Of a DNA stretch of 64,000 nt, positions 1-9,174 are shown in pieces. Position numbers and translations under genes: made by a program. How positions within the stretch are numbered: position 1 is the first letter of the stretch; the number at the start of each line of letters is the position of its first letter. Origin of the DNA: Orbicella franksi (Eukaryota); contig OZ116712.1 in assembly GCA_964199315.1 (NCBI GenBank), forward strand, positions 4,402,001 through 4,466,000, read 5' to 3'. The notes beneath the pieces were generated by a model, which was not told the origin of the DNA, searched no databases, and saw nothing but the letters and a program-made list of their open reading frames with translations.

Positions 1-1064
1 GTACCAACGTTTAAACCCAGTAGTAAACGCAATTCAATGCCCTCAGGTGATACTTCCCTACCAAGTCATGGCCAACTGGCTTGTACCTCACTGCCGGTGT
101 GTTCACTGCACCCCGCACATCCCATTTATTCCACAGCTGCAGCATATACCACAGCCCATATGGACAACCCAGTAATGAACACTCCTGAAGTCACAACTGA
201 TTACTCCGAGTATTAACCATGGACAAGCAGACCTGTTGCTCGCCTTCTGTGACTTAACTCATAAGCGAAATTTGTGTTGGATTTTCCCTCTAGTTACCAA
301 CTGTTAAAGACAAAACCTGCGGATAATGGAACTGCCACAATAAGTATTCAGTTTGAAACATGATGAGAACTGACGCTCCCTCCTAACCATTGTTCTTTTT
401 GGTTTTGTATTTCCTGTTATAATGTCGGGACGACATTTCTGTTGGATGGGAGTGTGTTACAAGTAGAACGTGAGTGACTGGGCCCAGCCCCAGGTTACTT
501 ATTATTATGGGATCGAAAATCCCACGCGTTGGCGAGAATGAAAACGAAACGAGGATCGATGAGAAAACGTGTTGTCATTGTAGTTTTGTAGTAGTTCCTG
601 TGCGAGATTGAGTAGAGTGTAACACACAGCAATGGGGAACTCTAAAATGTCAAATAACTTTTCCGTCAGGCAGTTCACGAAACAGAGGCCTTGATCGAAG
701 TTTCGGTTGTGTGCGCTTAATGGGAGTAGTTGCTTTAAATAATCTATATATGTGAAACATGCCTCTTTGGTCTACACTCATCGAATTGAAATTGTACCAT
801 ATCTATTCTCATTTTACCTAAATCGAAAAATCTGTGCTGTTAAAGGAGCCAGGAACAAAAATACCTTTAGGTTCAAAGAAACCTGAAAATAGCAGTTTAC
901 TAAGATAGCAAAAAAACACAAAGATAATGAATAAACCGTAAAGGAACAAGGATGGAGAAGATTAACGGGGCACGAACTTGAAAAATTTAGGCTAAACTTT
1001 TCAAGATGAGCAAACTGCGACGTTGCTCCTTTAAATCTGCGTTAAATCGCTAACTTTCTCAAAC

Positions 1065-1104
<40 letters not shown>

Positions 1105-1195
1105 CCGTGAAGGAGGTTTGGCTCCCCGGTCTTAATAAGCTTACATCTTGACGATTTTACTTCTCCGTTTACTCCTTAGTTTTTGTGTCGATTGA

Positions 1196-1352
1196 GAAGA
1201 TATATCAAACACTCGAGACAGTGTATCATCGCTTATCCAAACACCCCGAATTTCGTCAAAAATACTCCACTTAGCGTGGTATTTTCAACTCTCTTCTCCG
1301 TGTTCGGATATTCCGATGAAACACTGTCTGTCGTGTTCAATATATTACTTCA
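1196..1352. mobile_element. ~155-bp hairpin MITE-like repeat (paralogous copies at ~32019-32171 and ~54295-54447)
   Basis: The arms gatatatcaaacactcgagacagtg... and ...cactgtctgtcgtgttcaatatatt are inverted complements around a short spacer. Confidence 0.6.
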
Positions 1353-1705
1353 TAAAACATAATTATATGCATAGAACGAAAGTAATGTAAAAAGGCCATT
1401 AATGTCTCTGGCCCCCAGTTGAAAACACTACCTCGGTCTATTGTTGTCAATGGCCAGGGGTATTGTTATGACTTCTCATATATTGTTTTGAGAACCAAGG
1501 TAGCACCGCGAGAGAAAAATTCCTCGTTCAAAAGACATTGAATGCTGTAGGTTTTCCAAGCTGATTTAGATCCTTGGTTATTTCTAATTCCCACCCATTG
1601 TTTACAATTAAAAAGTATCTTGAAATGTATTTTAAGTTCTTTTTTCCATCATCTTAAAAAGTAGGTCTATCACATCACATATGAACGAGGTTACATGCGT
1701 GTCAC

Positions 1706-2752
1706 TACGGTGACCCACGACTGTCACGGCAAAACAAAAAGTCACGGCACTACACACTAAACTCACGGCAAGATAATGTTATCTGACGGCAAAACAAAAT
1801 TAACTCACGGCAGTACACCATTAATTCACGGCAAAACGAAATTAACTCACGGCAGAACACCATTAATTCACGGCAAAACGGAATTAACTCACGGCAGAAC
1901 ACCCCTAATGCACGGCCAAACAAAGTTAACTCACGGCAAAACAAAGAAAACGAGTTGGTCAGCGGTTTGTCAGCGGTTGTTATTTGCTTTTCAAATGGTA
2001 TGTCGTGTAACAGTAACACAATGCTCGCTCGGAAACCGGTGTTCCTTATCTCGAGCTCATGATGTTTTGCAGCTCTTGTGGTTCGTTAGTCGATCAAACT
2101 GCCAATTTTTGCAAAGACTGTGGTAAAGGTACGTTTCTTAATCTAAAGTATTTGTATTTGCATCTCTTTTAGTTCCGAATAACGATAGGCACGTGAGAAG
2201 ACACTGCTTACGTCATAGCACTCCGTGAACCCATTGCTGTGTTAGACGGTCAAAATCTAATATATTACTTGGATTACAGACCGAGCTTCTCACGTGCTTA
2301 TCGTTATTCGGAACTAAAAGAGATGCAAATACGAATACTTCAGATTAAGAAACGTACCTTTACCACAGTCTTTGCAAAAATTGGCAGTTTGATCGACTAA
2401 CGAACCACAAGCGCTGCAAAACATCATGAGCTCGAGATAAGGAACACTGTACTAAAAAGGGCGGTTTCCGAGCGAGCAGTGTGTTACTATTACACGACAT
2501 ACCATTTGAAAAGCAAATAACAACCGCTGACAAGCCGCTGACCAACTCGTTTTCTTTGTTTTGCCGTGAGTTAATTTCGTTTTGCCGTGAATTAATGGTG
2601 TTCTGCCGTGAGTTAATTTCGTTTTGCCGTGAATTAATGGTGTACTGCGGTGAGTTAATTTTGTTTTGCCGTCAGATAACATTATCTTGCCGTGGGTTTA
2701 GTTTGTAGTGCCGTGACTTCTTGTTTTGCCGTGACAGTTGTGGGCCACCGTA
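1706..2752. mobile_element. Foldback-type non-autonomous DNA transposon (~1.05 kb, almost fully palindromic)
   Basis: Arms 1706-2200 and 2286-2752 are inverted complements around an 85-bp spacer. Subterminal tandem units carry a CACGGCA core in 39-bp dimers. GTGTCAC is directly repeated at 1699-1705 and 2753-2759. The empty site (atgcgtgtcacaagac) is seen upstream of copy 5 (~32521-32536) and copy 8. Confidence 0.9.
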
Positions 2753-3270
2753 GTGTCACAAGACATATTATATAGTAACAGAGCTACTACGCGCGCTCTC
2801 ATTGGTCGATAGGTGTGTTTAGATGAGAGTATGTAAACACTATTGTGACGTTTTAGATTCGCGCGTATTTTTGAGAATTATTTTGTTAAAGCAATAGAGC
2901 ACTTTTTCCACGTTAACATAGCCTCAAGTTCTCGAGACTTAGAAAACCCGAGACGTTCGAATTCTCCCAGCCTTCCTCGTGTTTAGATTAGGCTATCTAA
3001 CCACGGAGAAAAAGCTCGAACCTTAGATTGGCCACCATGTTGTTCGCTTTTTCCCTTTTTACAACCGCTTCATGACACATCGTATTAAAAGTAACAACAT
3101 TTTTTGGGGCAAGGTTTGTCTGTTTGTTTTCTTTAATTTTGGGTAGATTGTGCGGTAAATGAAAACTACGACAAACATTTCCGATTTATTAATTACTTAG
3201 AGCCTCTTTACTGACCCCTGGCTGCATATCATCGATGCAAATCGCTCAAAAGGCCACCTAAGAATACTCT

Positions 3271-3330
3271 CAGACGTCAATAATTTCATGGCATTTGATT
3301 GCCTCCAAGCAGACAGTTATAACGTTAATT
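3271..3330 (+). promoter_or_regulatory. Degenerate copy of the conserved proximal promoter block of TRIM copy 1
   Basis: Same block as the other copies, but ATTGG is changed to ATTGC and TGACGT to TAACGT. Confidence 0.45.
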
Positions 3331-3411
3331 AATTCGCTTTTCTCGGAATCTAAAATAAAACCTTAATGCAGTTATCTTTCGCAAGCTTCACTAAACAAGC
3401 GACGCCTAGCG

Positions 3412-5258
3412 ATGGAGTCCCTTTTGAAAGACCTCAAGAAACATCTTGAATGCTCGATTTGTCTCGATACCTACAACCAACCCAAAACTATATCATGTCT
3501 ACACACATTTTGCTGTCAGTGTTTGGAGAATCATGCAAGAGCCAGCCACAGACAAGGAAAGTTCCGTTGTCCAGACTGCCAAGCGCAAATCGATCTGCCC
3601 GAAGGAAATCGTTTCCAAAGCTTGCCGGACAGTTTTTTTCACAATAGTTTGTTGAGTCTCCTTACCGTTCGACGGAGTGGCGACGGAAGTAACATGGCTT
3701 GTTCCCAATGTAGGAAAAACAACTCTCAGATGTACTATTGCTTTGACTGTGGACGGTTTATGTGCCCAGACTGTTACAACGCACACGAAATGCTAAGCGC
3801 ATCGTTCGAAGGACATAAAGTCACGTCAGTGAAGGAGTTTAAAGCAGAAGATTACGAAGCCTTGCTGAAGCGACAGCCATTTTGTTCACAGCAGTTCCAC
3901 GAGAAAGAAATCACGAGATTTTGCTGTTTTTCATGCCAAGCTTGTGTTTGCCAAATTTGCATAGTCACGGATCACCGAAATCACGACATCGTTTTACTCG
4001 ACAAAGCAGCTCATGACGAGAAACCCAACATCATGTCTGGCGCTGAAATGATCAACGAAAGGGTGAGCGAGCTTATTGAAGTGATTCGACAATTTGAAGA
4101 AACGGCTTCTAAGTTGGAAAACAATGTCACAACCGCTAAACGCGAAGTCTCGCAAGTTGCTGGGCAGATGATCGAAGTGATTCGAGAGCGCGAGCGTGAG
4201 TCCATTATATCACTCGAGACAACACGCGTGACGAGACTTGAGAGAATCAACTCCGCCATCAAGGAAGCTCAGTCTCTGCTCAAACAAATGAAGCAAGCAC
4301 TTGAGTTTGCTAGAAATCTGACAGAAAGAAGCTCAAGCTCAGATATCATGAGGAACAAGGACACTTTGAAACAACGATTTGAAGTATTGGGTGAAATTGA
4401 AGTTCCAAAACATGATGAGACCTCATTCGTGAAATTTACCGCTGCTTCCTCAAAGAACTTGAAATTAGGTTTTATTGAGACAATCCCAAAGGTAGACGCA
4501 AGTCGATCAACGCTTGAAGGACTGAAGCAAACTCTTCAGGCTGGTGTAGAAGCGGTGTTTACGTTATGCCCCCAAACATCTGAGGGGAAGACGAGTAACC
4601 AGCCTGACCTGAAAGATCAAGTTGAAGTTCTTATTGAACCCGCTAAAGATGTTACAAATGTGATTGTTGTTGAGAAAGAGGACGGTAATCTTCAGCTGAA
4701 ATTTATTCCCAAAGTACCAGGCGCCTACAGCATTGAAGTGAAGATCAATGGCGATAAACTTCCTACGTGTCCTTGTTATGTGCGGGTAAAAGAACGTGAA
4801 CTTGTGGTCGTTGGCATTGTTGTAACCGAGTGGGGCAATCATAGGATACAAGTGTTGTCACAAGAAGGAGAAACTATTTTGATATTTGGAGACAGAGGCC
4901 CAGAGAAACTTCACGAACCAACAAGCTGCAGTACTTACAAAAACATGTTTCTCGTAACTGATTGCGGCAATGACTGTATTAAAGTTTTCGATCAGTCAGG
5001 AACTTTCCTGTACAAGTTTGGAAAACAAGGGAATCAAGATGGACAATTTGACTGGCCGTATGGTATGCTTGTAGACAGCTCCAATAATCTTCTTGTATGT
5101 GATCGTTGCAATGACCGAGTTCAGCAGTTTTCTTTAGACGGTCGCTTTACAGGCAAGTTATCACTGATTTACCAGGTCCCGCTGGAATAGCAACAGCGTC
5201 AGGTGGACGTATTCTCGAGACTAGCTCTGAAGCTAACAAAGTATACACATTGAAGTAG
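3412..5258 (+). pseudogene. TRIM-NHL copy 1, probable pseudogene (592-aa ORF 3412-5190)
   Basis: RING, two B-boxes, coiled coil and filamin are intact. Junction at 4815/4816 (gtcgttggc|attgttgta) removes 360 bp relative to copy 2 (10579-10938). A net 1-bp deletion near 5155-5160 shifts the frame to a TAG at 5188-5190. The ancestral stop is at 5256-5258. Confidence 0.85.
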
Positions 5259-5565
5259 TCGTTTCAATATTCAGTAGTTCTCAGTGTGTACAGATACTGT
5301 GTTGAAATGCACGGTCTCTATGACGTCATGTTTATTTAGTGTTATGTCCAAATTAGCATTTGAACTAATCTAGTCAAGTGCTATGATGTAAAGAATTTAC
5401 ATTGAAAAGCCGAAATCATGAAGTAAGGTGTGTGACAAGCGAGTCTAAAAGATTTATCGTTTTCAGTAAAGTGTCAAAGAGACTGTATAGTTTTCTAGTA
5501 GTCGAGGAAGTTTGTGAGCAATAATTGAGGTTAATACTGTTTTCAGATACTGATTTGCTTTATAA

Positions 5566-5876
5566 AGACTGATTTTCACTACAACATAAGCACAAGCATA
5601 AACATTATGGTAGGGGGACGCCTACGACACGAGCATAAGTTCGTAAGCATGCGCAGAATGGATAATTAGCTTATTTTCGATTCCATACCTCCTCGCTACA
5701 GTAAAGCAAGATGGCGGACTTTTGATTATACTTAACCTTACAGCAGCGCGTTCTCACTTCACATAAGCACAAACACATAAAGGACAAAAATTTTTGTTCT
5801 GCTTGTGCTTGTGTTGTGCGCGTCCCCACTTCCGTTATGCTTGTGCTTGTTCTTATGTCGTAGTGAAAAGCAGGCT
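5566..5876. mobile_element. ~310-bp TIR MITE (paralogous copies ~35707-36019, ~57967-58279)
   Basis: Termini agactgattttcactacaacataagcacaagc... and ...gcttgttcttatgtcgtagtgaaaagcaggct are inverted complements, with internal gcacaagcataa/ttatgcttgtgc repeats. Confidence 0.7.
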
Positions 5877-8487
5877 TACAGGTTGTTTATTTGTACATTT
5901 CAGCTTTGTTTTGGTAAGAATTGTTTAACTAAGAACGTTGACCCCTTAAATTAGCCGCCAAATTCTAAGAACATAACATACTAAGAACCCACTCCAGGGT
6001 AATAGCGACTAGAAGAAGATTGTTTTGATGTCTTTTTGGAAAAGCCGTATGAGGTCTGGTGAAATATAACATTAAAATTTCAATTTATGTAAAGCGATAC
6101 ATTCCAATAACTTAATGCCGTTTAGGGAGATATTTGAACATAAGCGATAAGCTTGTCTTATTACCTGGTTCACTGTAAATCAAGTTGGCAGTATTTTTTG
6201 AGAACTATTGGAAGTCTCAACATAAACTTCTAAAAACGTAAACAATTGGAAATGGTATAACTTGTAAATGTATTTCTGATGTTATGTAATGAGGATGTAA
6301 ATGTAAAGCTTGCATGTAGTCCGAAGTTTAGCGAAATTTGTGACCAAATTCATCGTTCGTCTTTGAGACAGCCGCCCTTGTCGAAAGAAAAATTCGCAAT
6401 GTTGTCTCTCGGGAAGGGCGGCTGTAACACAGGCGAAATCTTTTTTTTTTTTGCAAATGCTCTTGTTGTCGAATGTTTATAGTTGTCGATGTGCTTAGCT
6501 ACAACTAGCAAGGTCTCAGGCGTACCACTTAAACTGAAAGAAAGAAACACTTCAAAATATGCAAATATGCAGCTTTAAACAGAGCTAAACATCCATTGTT
6601 GTCATTGTTCTGCTTTTAGTAGGAAACTTAGCGCTAATTTCAATAAAATTTTGGGCTACCAAAGTATTTTCCTGTAGTCCGTTTTGTCCTCATTTGAAGT
6701 TCGCAACATTGTGGGTGTGTTAGAATTCATGTACGCGAAATTACTTTCAATTTGCTTATTCCAGGTTGCATTTAATATGAGCTATGAGAACTGTTCATGA
6801 TATCTCTCTGTTACTAAGTACGCTGTGATTGGTCAATTTAGCGCGGCCTACTCTACTGTGCGGCTGGAATGGAGTGTTCCGCCAATCACTGGGTCGAGAG
6901 TATATGTGCGCAAGACCGTGCGCTAGTGTTCATGGTATTGCTCGCGGGCAACAGGGAATCTTCTGTGTTAAGGAAAAACGTTAACGTAGCATTGTGCTGG
7001 TTTGAATCACGCAGCCACTTTGTTTCTAAAAAAACCTTCTCTCCTGTCAGCTGAATTGGCGATTTAAAATTCGCCGCAATGGAGAACTTTAAAGTGTCTA
7101 ATGTTTTTCTCTGTTTTCCTCTCACGTAACAAAGGTTTTGAATCTTATTTTACGTTTCACACACTACCTCGTTTCTGATGTGTGAAACAGGTTCGTTAGG
7201 TCTGAAGTCAGTATTACGCGTTATCCCTCCAGACCAGTAGCATTAATATGCATATATCGAAAATCTGTAACCCAATGTGTGTCACGTTTAAACAAACAAA
7301 CAAACAAACAAACAAACTAGCAAACAAACCTTCCATGCCGGTTCCCTTTGATAAAGAAGAAAAGAAATGTAAAAGCCCATTAAGAAAATATTGCTCTGGA
7401 ACCTCTATTTTCATACACCGTTTGAAAGACTCTGTTGTTGCTTATCTATTGTTTTGAGAACTAATTAACTTCTGTTCAGATCGCAATGAATGTTATAGGT
7501 TGTTATACTGAGCCGAGCAAGGTCCATCTTTACATCAGTATTTGGAAAGGAAAAATATATCTTTTTTGTTTCATAAGAATCAGTGTTTTATAAGAATATT
7601 GAGGCTGAAATTGGCAACATTTTAAGAATGAGTTTAGAACACCAGTACAGAGACTTTCTTTAGAACAATTTTTTTGTTTTTGATGGAAAATAAAATACAT
7701 CAAATTAAAGTACATGGTGTTTTTAATGATATTTATGATATTTCTCTATTACTACGTGCGCTGTGATTGGTCAGTTTAGTTGGTTAAACAATAAGAATAT
7801 TCCGCCTGCGCATGAAAAATGTGAATTTTTAACTCTTACAAAGAATAAATAAATAAAAGAGTGCATTTGTTCTCCTTTCTTTACCTCGACCATGGCCTCG
7901 TTTCTCCTTACTCTCCCCCCCCCCCTCCCCCCGCCATTTTGTTACAATTGAGAAAAGTGTGGTCGATAGGTAATTCGTGTACTTTATCCTTCTTCGCAAA
8001 AAGAAGATTACAAAACGTTTTTTCAAAAACTTGGTTTATTAATACATATGTACTAGACTAGACGAATGATTTGTGCGTAACTACTTCCTGGGTATGAAAA
8101 ATATCTGTTCTTGCAAAAAAGAGTGTTCATCCTTTCTAAGTTTTTTGACAATCTCTGACAATCCCTAACAGTATGTTTTACTTTGTAGTGGTGCCCACAT
8201 TCATCAGTTCAAGCCTATATAAATGTCGGCTGGCAAGGAGCGTGATATTGGCTTGGGAAAATACAATGACTCACTTCGCTGTATGGGGCAACCCGCGCCG
8301 AACATTCAGGCCGATAAATGTTAGCTTGCGAAAGCGTACCAGCCCCTTGCAGCCTGCACTCACCACAAGCCAAGTCTTGATATGTTAACTTGCGTGAGCA
8401 TATATAGTAACTTCCGTTATGGACACCTGAATAATAATTTTTTTAAAGCTTAAACGAAATTAAGAAGCTGGATTTTAGCGATGAATG

Positions 8488-8780
8488 TAGCCTGCAGAGC
8501 AGGCGAGATTTTTTCGAGCGAGCGCTCACATCGTAAAAAGTTTAGCCGCCATCTTGAATTTTTCATGCAGTGGAAGACTGGGGAGAGAAAGAAAGTTTTA
8601 CCAAGGGGGTGAGTGATAGGCAAGAGGAAGGATAGGGGAGGGGTGGAGCGAAGAAAATCTCATTTTTCCCCTCCCCCATCCCCCACCGTCTAACATGGCG
8701 GTCTAACATGGCGGTCTAAAAAGGCGCTCGCAAGGTTGTAACGCTAACTCGCCCCAATAAGACGCCTGCACTGCAGGCTA
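8488..8780. mobile_element. 293-bp MITE with TAGCCTGCAG TIRs and a perfect 9-bp TSD (AcademH-like signature)
   Basis: cgatgaatg|tagcctgcag...ctgcaggcta|cgatgaatg. The empty site (ttttagcgatgaatgcaaac) is present upstream of copies 6 and 9. Confidence 0.9.
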
Positions 8781-9050
8781 CGATGAATGCAAACAAACAT
8801 GAAATTAAGCATAGCGTGTAAAGCGAAGCTAACACGAAAGGAGGCATAAAATCCACTCGAAAACCCAACTAAAGCCCAATCTTCCCATCTGTCGGATCTA
8901 AATAAGTGCCCAGTCAATTAGTAGAATTGATTGCGATCACTTGACTCTCGTAAACCGACAAACTTCTGATTAGCTGCCAACTTGTTGTGCGCTTCGCGCA
9001 CACAACAAACTCTAGCGCGATTTGCATTTAACCTAGACATAACTATTTTT

Positions 9051-9095
9051 GTGACATTTGATTGGCTCCAAACAGACAGTTATGACGTTAATTAT
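9051..9095 (+). promoter_or_regulatory. Conserved proximal promoter block (inverted CCAAT + CRE-like TGACGTTA), copy 2
   Basis: The block tttgattggctccaa.cagacagttatgacgttaatta lies ~80-130 bp upstream of every start, even where distal flanks are unrelated. Confidence 0.55.
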
Positions 9096-9174
9096 TTCGC
9101 TTTTCTCGAAAACTAAAGTAAAACCTTGCGGCAGGTGTGTTTCGCAAGCTTCCCTAAACAAGCGACGCCTAGCG

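Noticed and set aside
1780-1950. CRISPR-like repeat array
   Set aside because: Units are contiguous 18-21-bp tandem repeats without unique spacers, there are no cas genes, and the context is eukaryotic.
1750-2708. ORFs with HGKTKLTHGRTPLI / FCRELI repeats (1750-2019, 1776-2126, 2452-2682, 2481-2708)
   Set aside because: They are read-through of the foldback's 39-bp subterminal repeats and appear mirror-imaged on both arms. Not genes.
3150-3190. IRF/ISRE-like aaatgaaaact motif upstream of several copies
   Set aside because: Short, degenerate and expected by chance in AT-rich DNA. No NF-kB or ISRE consensus could be supported.
3446-4262. Recurrent short ORFs MNARFVSIP..., MLDLSRYLQ..., antisense MMAELILSS..., and METEAQR... 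in each copy
   Set aside because: They are alternative-frame shadows of the conserved TRIM CDS and recur only because the gene is duplicated.
7270-7310. Microsatellites (CAAA)n, (GT)n(G)n and poly-C/G tracts
   Set aside because: Ordinary simple repeats that vary in length among paralogous modules, with no further structure.
9058-9174. 39-aa N-terminal extensions in the ORF track for copies 2 and 6
   Set aside because: They begin at non-ATG codons inside the promoter block and are not open in the other copies.
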